Source of the DNA: Betaproteobacteria bacterium
GTDB taxonomy: Bacteria > Pseudomonadota > Gammaproteobacteria > Burkholderiales > SG8-41
Assembly (NCBI GenBank): GCA_021730905.1
Contig: JAKFYK010000021.1
Coordinates: forward strand, 1,636 to 65,635
DNA length: 64,000 bases
Reading direction: 5' to 3'
The translations under genes were made by a program, and so were the position numbers. Position 1 is the first letter of the stretch. The number at the start of each line of letters is the position of its first letter. The notes beneath the pieces were generated by a model, which worked only from the letters and a program-made list of their open reading frames with translations, made no database searches and was not told the origin of the DNA. Positions 7,771-16,899 of this stretch are shown here, piece by piece.

Positions 7771-9411
7771 CTAAGCTTTCACCCGCACGTCGCCCTCGGA
7801 CAGCGCAATCTCCCTCGTCACCGACCGCGTATGCGCCGACACCGGCACGAATGCCGAGTGCGAGCCCGGTCCGCCGGCGACGATGATGCTGATGTCTTCC
7901 GCTTTCTCCGAAATCGGCACCATGGAATCCGGTCCGATGTCGCCCAACTCCGCGCGGCGACCCGTGGCCATGCGCTCGAACTCGCTGCCCCTGGAACGTC
8001 CCGCGCGCAACTTCGACGCATCCCACAGCCGGCGCTTTACTTCCGCCTTGCTCCAGCCCTCGCGGTGAAACAGGTTTGCGTGCTGCGGAGACAGCAGAAT
8101 AAACGGCGCGCCGCCGTAGATGTAGTCGCTGCTTGCCGGATACTGCATGGTGTCGGCGATCATTGAGAGCACTTCCTCGGCCTTTTTCGCCGTCATGTTC
8201 ATGCTCCAGGTGCCGAGCGCGCCGACCACCGTTATGGTATTCGCATCAGCGGCAAAGCCGCGCTCCACGTGCAGCGACTCCCACGGACTCGCATCTTCGT
8301 TTTCCGCGCAGCAGAAAGTGTATTTCGCCGGCTGACCCTGTGTCGCCTTGTCCATCTCGCCGGGTAATGCGCCGCCGATGTTTTGCAGGATCAGCCGCAG
8401 CGCGCGGCCCAGCGTCGCGTTCGCCCACGTGCCCGGCCCCAGACAACCGGCACCGCTGTTCACTTCCAGCCACTTCGCAATCGGCCCGTTCACGATCAGC
8501 CACACCGCCGACGGATTGGTCGTCGCCTGTATGGCTTGCAAATGAAATTTGGAAGTCGCGACAGCTTCTGCCGCGGCGATCAGCACCGGCAGATACTCGG
8601 GATAACAACCGGCCATCACGCCCTGAATGGCGATGTACTCGACCGTCGCCGCGCCCATGCCTGGCGCAATTGTCGCCACCACCTCATCCGGCGCGCGATG
8701 GGTGTGGCGCAGCATGCGCGCAACCGCCTCCTGCGTAGGGGGTGCTACGATCAGGCCGTCGCCCCAGCGCTGCCTGATGAAAAACTTGTTGAATTCATCC
8801 AGATCGGCGGGCGCTTCAATCAGCTTTGCACGCGGCGCGGCAGGCGCAATATCAACAGCCTTGGCTGCGCCGGCAGACGCCGCCTCGCACAACAAACGCG
8901 CGATATCATCAGCGCACTTCGCCGCGATCTCGCGCAACTCCTCGCGCGAACGCGTGCCAAATGGATGCGGTATCAACGCCATGGGTAGATCCGGCGAACC
9001 CAGCGCTTTTTGCTGCGCACGCCCCAGCCCGCTGAAGCTCTGCGACACAACCGTCAGCGCCGCGTTGCCACGCTTTGCTGCTTCTACACTGTCGTGGATA
9101 CTCCACGACGTGCAGGAGCCTCAGTCGCCGGAGCCCGTAATAATCGCGTCCGTCTGCGCAACCAGTTCGTTCATTGCCGCTTCGGACAACCCCTGCGACG
9201 CGCTGCGCTTGCGGCACTTGATCACCTGAGCAACGCCGTGCTTCTCGATCAGCACCCGTGACAGGTCTTCCACCAGATAATTGAAGTTCGGCTTCGAATT
9301 ATCGATAAAGCCTATGGTTTTCCCGGCGAGACTATCCAGCGATTGACGAGATTTTTGTGGTGTTGTAAGGCAGGGCGCGACGGGTTCGTATACGAGCATG
9401 CTGCTTGACAT
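7771..9411 (-). CDS. Candidate selenoprotein: a UGSC-motif domain (TGA at 9123..9121 read as Sec) fused to an uncharacterised C-terminal domain of about 370 aa. It would be 546 aa if read through.
   Basis: Track ORFs 9121..9411 and 7771..9048 share one frame (9411 and 9048 are both divisible by 3). They are separated only by a TGA plus 24 sense codons that I translated by hand. The junction reads ...AQTDAIITGSGD-U-GSCTSWSIHDSVEAAKRGNAALTVVSQSF. An AGGAG lies 5 nt upstream of the ATG at 9411, whereas the downstream ORF has only a GTG and no obvious SD. A stem-loop follows the TGA. Confidence 0.65.
9087..9112 (-). other. Putative bacterial SECIS-like stem-loop downstream of the in-frame UGA
   Basis: On the mRNA strand: UGA, an 8-nt spacer GGCUCCUG, then CAC-GUCGUGGA / loop GUA / UCCACGAC-(A bulge)-GUG. 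The perfect 8-bp core is 9109..9102 paired with 9098..9091, and the loop contains GU about 20 nt after the UGA. Confidence 0.5.
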
Positions 9412-9703
9412 AGTGACTCCTGAAGAAAATTGCTTTCTGGATAAGCCTTAAATTTTATCCCGAATTGACATCCCCCAAGGTCCAGTGATGCGTCATTTAT
9501 ATCAATTGGGGGGAAATTACTTGGCACGCAGCCAAATACCTGCCGTTTCCCGGAAATTGATCGTATGTGATTGCTTATTTTGAAGATATGTGCGCCACCG
9601 AACATTCACAAAAGATACCTGCTGATATCGTTTAAAAAGCTTTCATGTGCGCCAGCCAGATTCTTTGCTTCCTAACATTACGTAATTTCTGAGAGAAGTT
9701 TCC

Positions 9704-12688
9704 ATGGACATGCCTACACTTCGCCGTCAGTTACTGACGCTCGCCATCTTTCTAACAACGTTGACATTGAGCGGCTGGGCCTCGGCAGAGCCACCTTCGC
9801 GCGCAGCGCGCCTGAGCTACATCAGTGGCACGGTTAGTTTTTCGCCGGCGGGCCAGCCCGATTGGGTGCGGGCTGTGGTCAACCGGCCACTGACCACCGG
9901 CGACCGCCTGTGGGCGGATGACAATTCGCGCGCCGAGTTACAGGTCGGCGGCGCGGCGATCCGCTTGGGCGCGTTTACCAGCGTGACCCTGCTCAATCTC
10001 GACGATCGCATCGCGCAGATGCAGCTTTCACAAGGCACCCTGAAAATTAAAGTCCGCCGCATGGGGCAGAACCAGGTGTTTGAGGTGAATACGCCCAATC
10101 TCGCCTTCACCCTGCGCCGTGCCGGCGAATACCGCATCGATGTGGACCCGAACGGCGACGCGACGGCGGTCATGGTGCAAAGTGGCCGGGCCGAGGTGTA
10201 CGGCGACGGCGCTTCGTATGCAGTCAATCCTCAGCAAGGATATCGCTTCTACGGCACCGGCCTGTCCGACTACGAACGCTTGGCGGCACGCCGCGATGAC
10301 GACGAGCTGGATCGCTGGGCGCGCGACCGCGACCGCATCGGCGACAATTCGCTGTCCGCGCGCTATGTTTCGCCCGAACTGGTCGGCTATGAGGATCTCG
10401 ATGCCAATGGCACCTGGCGTGCCGACCCGACTTACGGCAACGTGTGGACGCCAACGCGCGTGGCCGCAGGCTGGACCCCTTACCGCGACGGCCATTGGGC
10501 ATGGATCGACCCCTGGGGCTGGAGTTGGGTGGACGATGCGCCGTGGGGCTACGCTGTGTCGCACTACGGCCGCTGGGCCAACATCAGGGGTGCCTGGGCG
10601 TGGGTTCCGGGCCCGCCACGCGAGCAGGCAGTGTATGCGCCCGCGCTGGTAGCGTTTGTCGGCGGCAATAATTTTCAGGCCACGCTGTCCATTGGCAGCA
10701 CGATCGCAGCAGCCGTCGGCTGGTTTCCGCTGGCGCCGCGCGAGGTCTATCAGCCCTCCTATCCGGTGAGCCGCAGATATTTCGACAACATTAATCGCAG
10801 CAACGCAGTGATCGCCCCCGCTACCATTACCAACGTTTACAACACCACCATCGTCAACAACACTACCATCGTCAACAAAACCGTCAATGTGACCAAGGTA
10901 GTCTATGTCAATCAGCAGGTGACGGGTGCCGTGGTCGCCGTGCCGGCGCAGGCGTTTGTGCAATCGCAGCCGGTGGCCAAGTCGGCGATGCGGGTATCCA
11001 GAGAAGCGGCCGCCAGCGCGTCGGTGGCGCATGTCGCCGCCGTGGTGCCAGTACAGCAAAGCGTGCACGGCGGCGCTCCCAACGCCGGCCGCAAGCCACC
11101 GGCCCGTGAACGAGCCGTTGTCGCCCGCACCGCGCCGCCTCCGCCACCGGTTGCCTTTGCCGCCCAGCAGCAGCAACTGGCCGCCACGCCGGGCGCGCCG
11201 ATCGGCGAAGCGCAGCGCAAGCAATTGAAACCCGCTGCTCCGGCAGTGCCGGCGCCCACGGTCAGCGTGGTGACCACTGCCCAAGCACCGGCACCGACCG
11301 CGTCGCCACCGGCGACCCCTCCGACCAGCAAGTCCCGGGACGCGCGCAAAGCGGACGCAGCGAAGGCCGATGCGGATAAGGGCGCAGCAGGTAAAACGGA
11401 TGCCGCGAAGGCAGATTCAGCAAGGGCCGACACGGCAAAGGCCGAAGCCGCCAAAGATGCAACGGCTAAAGGCAAAGCATCGAGGACCGATGCAGCGAAA
11501 GGCGAGGCAGGCAAAACAGATACTGCCAAATCCGGTGCAGCCAAGAGCGACGCAACCAAAACGGACGCCGCAAAGGCCGATTCAGCTAGAGCCGAGGCCG
11601 CCAGAGTAGACGCTGCAAAAGCCGAAGCGGTGAAAGCTGATGCTGCCAAGGGTGCGACTGCACGAGCAGACGCAGCGAAAGCCGATGCAGCCAAAGCGGA
11701 AACAGCCAGAGTGGATGCCGTAAAAGCCGAAGCGGTGAAAGCTGACGCCGCCAAGGGTGCGACTGCACGAGCAGACGCAGCGAAAGCCGATGCAGCCAAA
11801 GCGGAAACAGCCAGAGTGAATGCCGCAAAAGCCGAAGCGGTGAAAGCTGACGCTGCCAAGGGTGCGACTGCACGAGCAGACGCAGCCAAAGCCGATGCAG
11901 CCAAAGCGGAAACAGCCAAAGTGAATGCCGCAAAAGCCGAAGCGGTGAAAACTGACGCTGCCAAGGGTGCGACTGCACGAGCAGACGCAGCCAAAGCCGA
12001 TGCAGCCAAAGCGGAAACAGCCAGAGTGGATGCTGCAAAAGCCGAAGCGGTGAAAGCTGATGCTGCCAAGGGTGCTGCAGCTAGGGCCGAAGCGATGAAA
12101 GCCGATGCCGCCAAAGCCGCCACAGCTAGCGCTGAAGCTGCCAAATCCGAAGCAGCTAGAGCTAATGCCGCGAAAGCCGAAGCGATGAAAGCCGATGCTG
12201 CCAGAGCCGCCGCAGCCAGAGCTGAGGCCGCTAGCGCTGAAGCAGCCAAATCCGAAGCAGCTAGAGCTAATGCCGCGAAAGCCGAAGCGATAAAAGCCGA
12301 TGCTGCCAGAGCCGCCGCAGCCAGAGCTGAGGCCGCTAGCGCCGAAGCAGCCAAATCCGAAGCAGCTAGAGCTAATGCCGCGAAAGCCGAAGCGATGAAA
12401 GCCGATGCTGCTAGAGCCGCCGCAGCCAGAGCTGAGGCCGCTAGCGCTGAAGCAGCCAAATCCGAAGCAGCTAGAGCTAATGCCGCGAAAGCCGAAGCGT
12501 TAAAAGCCGATGCTGCCAGAGCCGCCGCAGCTAGAGTCGAAGCAGCGAAGGCTGAAGTAGCCAGAATCGAAGCCGCCAAGCCTGTTGGGGCCGCACCTCC
12601 GCCCACGGCCCGACCGCGCGCTTCGAAACCCGATCCTGACACTGCGGCGGAGGAGGAAAAGGGAAAGGGAAGGAAAAGATCCGAATAG
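9704..12688 (+). CDS. Secreted FecR-domain protein with a Trp-rich middle region, a Pro-rich linker and a long Ala/Lys/Asp/Glu tandem-repeat tail
   Basis: 994-aa ORF with a signal peptide (LAIFLTTLTLSGWASA). The FecR-like N-domain contains GTVSFSPAGQPDWVRAVVNRPLTTGDRLWADDNSRAELQ. The Trp-rich block is WTPYRDGHWAWIDPWGWSWVDDAPWGYAVSHYGRW. 35-aa repeats follow from about residue 640. Confidence 0.8.
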   Translation: MDMPTLRRQLLTLAIFLTTLTLSGWASAEPPSRAARLSYISGTVSFSPAGQPDWVRAVVNRPLTTGDRLWADDNSRAELQVGGAAIRLGAFTSVTLLNLDDRIAQMQLSQGTLKIKVRRMGQNQVFEVNTPNLAFTLRRAGEYRIDVDPNGDATAVMVQSGRAEVYGDGASYAVNPQQGYRFYGTGLSDYERLAARRDDDELDRWARDRDRIGDNSLSARYVSPELVGYEDLDANGTWRADPTYGNVWTPTRVAAGWTPYRDGHWAWIDPWGWSWVDDAPWGYAVSHYGRWANIRGAWAWVPGPPREQAVYAPALVAFVGGNNFQATLSIGSTIAAAVGWFPLAPREVYQPSYPVSRRYFDNINRSNAVIAPATITNVYNTTIVNNTTIVNKTVNVTKVVYVNQQVTGAVVAVPAQAFVQSQPVAKSAMRVSREAAASASVAHVAAVVPVQQSVHGGAPNAGRKPPARERAVVARTAPPPPPVAFAAQQQQLAATPGAPIGEAQRKQLKPAAPAVPAPTVSVVTTAQAPAPTASPPATPPTSKSRDARKADAAKADADKGAAGKTDAAKADSARADTAKAEAAKDATAKGKASRTDAAKGEAGKTDTAKSGAAKSDATKTDAAKADSARAEAARVDAAKAEAVKADAAKGATARADAAKADAAKAETARVDAVKAEAVKADAAKGATARADAAKADAAKAETARVNAAKAEAVKADAAKGATARADAAKADAAKAETAKVNAAKAEAVKTDAAKGATARADAAKADAAKAETARVDAAKAEAVKADAAKGAAARAEAMKADAAKAATASAEAAKSEAARANAAKAEAMKADAARAAAARAEAASAEAAKSEAARANAAKAEAIKADAARAAAARAEAASAEAAKSEAARANAAKAEAMKADAARAAAARAEAASAEAAKSEAARANAAKAEALKADAARAAAARVEAAKAEVARIEAAKPVGAAPPPTARPRASKPDPDTAAEEEKGKGRKRSE
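11621..12540 (+). repeat. In-frame 105-bp (35-aa) tandem repeat array, about 9 units in two subfamilies
   Basis: The unit anchor gccgaagcg recurs at 11621, 11726, 11831, 11936, 12041, 12086, 12176, 12281, 12386 and 12491. Spacing is 105 bp except at the subfamily junction. Neighbouring units differ at only 2-4 of 105 nt. Degenerate related sequence extends from about 11335 to about 12575. Confidence 0.9.
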
Positions 12689-12807
12689 AACGTGTCGAAT
12701 CGCTAGCGCTTGTTAATAATCACGCCATCAAGCGGTAAGCGCACATGAGGTTAAGCACGGGCCGCAGCGGCAGTTCAGGGCTTATTGTGGCGGAAACGTT
12801 GAATGCG

Positions 12808-13788
12808 CTACACGCGGCCAAAGTCGCTTTCGTACAGCGCATCGAGACGAGCCAGTACATCTGGAGGAAGTGGCCCAATCTCGGCGGCCTGTAGCGCCTC
12901 ATCGACATGTTGCAGTTCTGCACTGCCGATGATGGCACAGGAAACATCCGGGTTCGACAGCACAAAGCGCAGCGCGACCTGCGCGCGCGTGCCCTGCCCG
13001 CTGCCAATGGCGTCGAACACCGCCTTCGCTTTGCGCTGGTCTTCGGCGATACTCGTTTCCGCAGTAAGCACGCTCTCGCGCCCCGTCCGCTCGTCCGTGG
13101 CGATGACGCCTGCGGCAAAAATACGAATCGCCATCACCGCGACCTTGTTAGCGCGACAGGCTTCAACAATGCCGCCCAGGTTCTGCCCAGTCCATGCCTT
13201 GGGCATGCTGCGGCCCGCGCTGGGATTGAGCAGGTTGTAATAGACCTGCGCGGAATCGAACCGCTTGCTGTTGATCACCTCGCACACGGATGCCGCCTCG
13301 CCGAGCGCGGTAATGCCCCGATGGCGGATCAACCCCTTCTCACGCAGCCGGTCGAGTCCGTCGGCCACGCCGTTCCTGCCAAGGATCTGCTCGACCGTCA
13401 TTACCCGGCCGCCGGGTTTGGTTCCGATCCGGTTGTGTAGCTGCAGCACATCGACGGACGAACGCTTGAGCCGCGCAAGGCTTGTCATAAATCGCGCCTC
13501 GATCTGCGCCGGGATGTCTTTTAGATTCTCGACATCGAGCTGAAACTTGGTCGAGAGATAAGGTGTTGCTCCGGATTCTGGCAGCAGCCAACCAAGCGCT
13601 TCTTCCGATTTGCCGTTGCCATATTGCGCAGCGGTATCAACCCAATTGATGCCGCCGGCGAATGCCCGGCGGATCGCCTCCCGCTTCGTCGCGTCGTCCT
13701 TGTGGACGAGGATGCCACCGACAGCGCCGGCGCCGAAAATGATTTCCGATACCTTGATGCCGGTGTTTCCGAATGAGCGGTGCTTCAT
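12808..13788 (-). CDS. Aldo/keto reductase
   Basis: 326 aa. MKHRSFGNTGIKVSEIIFGAGAVGG, DTAAQYGNGKSEE and the length are typical of the AKR family. Confidence 0.85.
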   Translation of the reverse strand: MKHRSFGNTGIKVSEIIFGAGAVGGILVHKDDATKREAIRRAFAGGINWVDTAAQYGNGKSEEALGWLLPESGATPYLSTKFQLDVENLKDIPAQIEARFMTSLARLKRSSVDVLQLHNRIGTKPGGRVMTVEQILGRNGVADGLDRLREKGLIRHRGITALGEAASVCEVINSKRFDSAQVYYNLLNPSAGRSMPKAWTGQNLGGIVEACRANKVAVMAIRIFAAGVIATDERTGRESVLTAETSIAEDQRKAKAVFDAIGSGQGTRAQVALRFVLSNPDVSCAIIGSAELQHVDEALQAAEIGPLPPDVLARLDALYESDFGRV

Positions 13789-14157
13789 GATGCTTCTCCC
13801 TATAGTTGTTTTTCGGTGCTGCCTGCCGGCAAGAACGTAGTGCTCAATTCCATTTAAAAAGACAGGTGCAATCCACCGTAGACTGCCTCGCGGTAAAACA
13901 GATAGGCCACGTTGTCCGGCAGTTTAACGGTGTCACTCTGCAGATGCTACAAACCGTGGATGGTCTCCAATTCTAACCGTTGCCCAGGCATCGCGGCCCC
14001 GCAACCCGCCCGGTGGTACCGTTCCGCATCGGGTCATGAATAGAGTGCCTCCCGTTTGACCAACGCCGCGAAGGCTTGCGCATAATTGCGATCGTGGTAG
14101 CGTTCGTCTTTGGCGGCATTCGACCGATATCCGCCGGCATGCAACGAGCAAATAGCC

Positions 14158-14529
14158 ATGGAAATCAACCACCCACAAACGCTGACAGAACTCACCCGGC
14201 AGTTCGACCGCTATCAGCAGTCCATCATCGACAACGATATTGCGGTGTTGAACGAACTGTTCTGGAACCATACACTCACCATACGCTATGGGACTGGCGA
14301 AAATCTCTACGGACACGCCGAAATCGCGGCGTATCGCGGCGCGCGTGATCCGAAAAGCGTGGTGCGCGTCGTGGGTAAAAGCGTGGTCACGAGTTACGGG
14401 CGCGATGCGGGGACGACGAACACCGAATTTACGCGCGCGGGACGCAACGGCCGGCAAAGCCAGGCGTGGGTCCGCATGCCCGAGGGCTGGCGCATTGTGG
14501 CCGCGCATGTGAGCTATCGGGATGACTAA
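14158..14529 (+). CDS. AtzH/HpxZ-like small NTF2-fold protein (DUF3225-like)
   Basis: About 123 aa from the ATG at 14158 (MEINHPQTLTELTRQFDRYQQSIIDNDIAVLNELFW...WRIVAAHVSY). The family name is from memory. The gene overlaps the start of the next gene. Confidence 0.6.
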   Translation: MEINHPQTLTELTRQFDRYQQSIIDNDIAVLNELFWNHTLTIRYGTGENLYGHAEIAAYRGARDPKSVVRVVGKSVVTSYGRDAGTTNTEFTRAGRNGRQSQAWVRMPEGWRIVAAHVSYRDD

Positions 14530-15517
14530 GCGATTCAACCTGCTGCTACGAAACAGTGCACGGACGGTATGGTGTGCTATCGCCCTGACAGGCTTTTCGG
14601 CGCATGCACAAAGCTGGAAGCCGGAAAAGAATATCGAGATATTGATCGGCCTCACGCCCGGCAGTTCACAGGACCGCACGGGACGCTCGCTGCAAAAAGT
14701 CTGGCAGGACACGAAAGCATTGAATGTGCCGGTCAATGTCGTCAATCGACCCGGCGGCGGCGGTCAGGTCGCGTTGACCGCGCTCGCGCAGCACGCGGGC
14801 GATGCACACTATTTTTATATCGCCTCGCCAACGGTGGTGACGCGCTACCTGACCGGACTCGGCACGTTTCACTTCACCGATTTCACGCCGCTCGCGCTGT
14901 TCGGCAACCAGTACCTGGCCGCGGCGGTGCGCCCTGAATCAGCCGTCAAGTCCGCGCGCGATTTGATGGGACGGCTGAAACGCGATCCCTATACCTTCAG
15001 CATCGGCATCAACAGCGCGGGCGGTACCCTGCACATCATGGCCGGACTTTTGGTACGGGCCGCGGGCGGCGATCCCAGGAAGGCGCGGATCACCGCGTTT
15101 CAGGGTGGCGAACTGATGACCGCGGGTATGGGCGGGCACGTCGAGGCCATCGTCACGGTGGCCTCCAACATCCTGCCCCACGTTGAATCCGGCAAGCTCA
15201 ACATGCTGGCCGTGGCCGCGCCGAAACGGCTCACCGGCGCGCTGGCATCCGTTCCCACATTCAAGGAACAGGGAATCGATCTCGTCGTGCACAATTGGGC
15301 AGGAGTGTTCGGTGCCAAGGGACTCAACCCGCAACAGGTCGCGTTCTGGGACGGCGTGCTCGCCGCAACCGTGGCATCACCGGCATGGAAGGCATTCGTC
15401 GAGTCAAATCAGTGGGAACCTGAATACCTCAACAGCGCGGATTTCCTCAAGCACCTGTATGCCGAAGACAAACGGCTGCGGCCGGCGCTGACCGATCTCG
15501 GCCTCGCCAAGCAGTAG
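14522..15517 (+). CDS. Bug/TctC-family periplasmic solute-binding protein
   Basis: 331 aa with a signal peptide ending SAHAQ. Length and C-terminal strings (VPTFKEQGIDLVVHNWAGVFGAKGL) are typical of tripartite tricarboxylate receptor proteins. Confidence 0.8.
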   Translation: MTKRFNLLLRNSARTVWCAIALTGFSAHAQSWKPEKNIEILIGLTPGSSQDRTGRSLQKVWQDTKALNVPVNVVNRPGGGGQVALTALAQHAGDAHYFYIASPTVVTRYLTGLGTFHFTDFTPLALFGNQYLAAAVRPESAVKSARDLMGRLKRDPYTFSIGINSAGGTLHIMAGLLVRAAGGDPRKARITAFQGGELMTAGMGGHVEAIVTVASNILPHVESGKLNMLAVAAPKRLTGALASVPTFKEQGIDLVVHNWAGVFGAKGLNPQQVAFWDGVLAATVASPAWKAFVESNQWEPEYLNSADFLKHLYAEDKRLRPALTDLGLAKQ

Positions 15518-15613
15518 CGTGGTAGCAGTTCCGCCTCGGCAGCCGAGACATAGCCCCTTGCCAGTCTTGCACAAACCGCACCATGGAAAAGCAGCAACAG
15601 GATCCCGCCTGCG

Positions 15614-16756
15614 ATGAAGACCGACCCCAACTTCGAGCATACCGACGCGTTTGGCTTTCTTAACCACAATGCGCCGTTGCGGGAGAAACTACACATAGCG
15701 CATCAGACCGTTCAGCAAAGCCTGCCGTTCATCGCGCGCATTGCGCTCACGTTATACGATCCCGATACGCGCGTGCTGAAGACCTATCTGCACAGCAGCG
15801 GCGGCCAAGAACCGATGCAGCACTACCAGGCGATTATCGACAGCGCGCCGTCGCTGGTGGAGATCCTCAAGCGCGGACACCCGCGCGTGATCAACAACAT
15901 GCTGACAACCCAGCGGGGCGAACACGAACACACCCGCCGCATCGGCCGCGAAGGTTACGCGGCAAGCTACACCCTGCCGATGTTCAACAACGGCAGCTTT
16001 CTCGGCTTTCTGTTCTTTAATTCATACGCGCACGACGTATTCAGCGAAGCGGTGTTGCGCCAGCTTGACTTGTATGGACACATCATATCGCTGATGGTCA
16101 TCAACGAGCTGTCCAATATCAATACGCTGAGCGCTGCCCTTAAGACCACCGGCCATATCACCCACCTGCGCGATCCCGAGACCGGCAGCCACCTCGACCG
16201 CATGTCACGTTACAGCCGTCTCATCGCCAGCACGCTGGCCGACCGCTACCAGCTGGATGACGACTATATCGAACATATTTTCATGTTCTCGCCATTGCAC
16301 GATATCGGCAAGATAGCGATTCCCGACCGTATTCTGCTCAAGCCCGACAAGCTCACAGACGACGAAATGCACATCATGCGCACCCACCCGCTGCGCGGTC
16401 AGGAGATGATCACCGATCTGCTTGCGAATTTTGGCCTGGAAAACACCGAGCATGTGGATATGCTGCGCAACATTGCCGCATACCATCATGAAGCGGTCAA
16501 CGGACGCGGCTACCCCGATGGCAAGTCCGGCGAAGATATCCCACTGGAGGCACGTATCGTCGCGGTTGCCGACGTGTTCGATGCCCTGACCAGCCAGCGT
16601 CCTTACAAGGAGGCCTGGGACAATAATCGCGCCTTCGAAACACTCAGGAAGATGGCCGGGGAACAGCTTGACCAGGAGTGCGTCGAGGCGCTGCTGTCAC
16701 AGCGCGATGCCATCGAGTCAATACAGCGCCAGTTCCGCGAGAACATCTGGGGCTAG
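15614..16756 (+). CDS. HD-GYP domain protein (probable c-di-GMP phosphodiesterase) with an N-terminal sensor domain
   Basis: HDIGKIAIPDRILLKPDKLTDDEMHIMRTHP and YHHEAVNGRGYPDG (HD and GYP motifs) are present. Confidence 0.88.
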   Translation: MKTDPNFEHTDAFGFLNHNAPLREKLHIAHQTVQQSLPFIARIALTLYDPDTRVLKTYLHSSGGQEPMQHYQAIIDSAPSLVEILKRGHPRVINNMLTTQRGEHEHTRRIGREGYAASYTLPMFNNGSFLGFLFFNSYAHDVFSEAVLRQLDLYGHIISLMVINELSNINTLSAALKTTGHITHLRDPETGSHLDRMSRYSRLIASTLADRYQLDDDYIEHIFMFSPLHDIGKIAIPDRILLKPDKLTDDEMHIMRTHPLRGQEMITDLLANFGLENTEHVDMLRNIAAYHHEAVNGRGYPDGKSGEDIPLEARIVAVADVFDALTSQRPYKEAWDNNRAFETLRKMAGEQLDQECVEALLSQRDAIESIQRQFRENIWG

Positions 16757-16899
16757 CATGCCCATTGGCCTTTTTTCGGCGCTTTGCGGATTGCGACAGG
16801 CTTCCGGTTGCGCCAGGCGTTGGGCGTTTCGGTTGCGGTGTACGTTGAGAAGCGCAGTGGGAGCGGTAGCCCCGGATTCAGCAGGAAAACGTATCCGTT

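Noticed and set aside
7771-9048. Treating 7771..9048 (GTG start) and 9121..9411 as two independent genes, or as a pseudogene broken by a nonsense mutation
   Set aside because: This is not fully excluded, but I disfavour it for three reasons. The break is a single TGA located exactly in a GD-x-GSC context that gives a UxxC motif. A stable hairpin follows at SECIS distance. The downstream part lacks an ATG and an SD. The question needs the genome-wide Sec machinery check.
11621-12540. The tandem repeat array as a possible CRISPR array
   Set aside because: The units are contiguous with no unique spacers. The period of 105 bp is in-frame within a long ORF, and no cas genes are present.
10912-12642. 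576-aa minus-strand ORF (ASAFAASALAA...) opposite the repeat region, plus the 150-aa ORF 11586..12038
   Set aside because: This is a shadow frame of the GC-rich Ala/Lys tandem repeat. It is low-complexity and has no start context. The plus-strand frame carries a signal peptide and recognisable domains.
13933-14745. 270-aa minus-strand ORF
   Set aside because: It has no recognisable motifs and lies antisense to the AtzH-like gene and the Bug gene start. Its composition is typical of shadow ORFs. The 369-bp stretch 13789..14157 is left as unexplained non-coding DNA.
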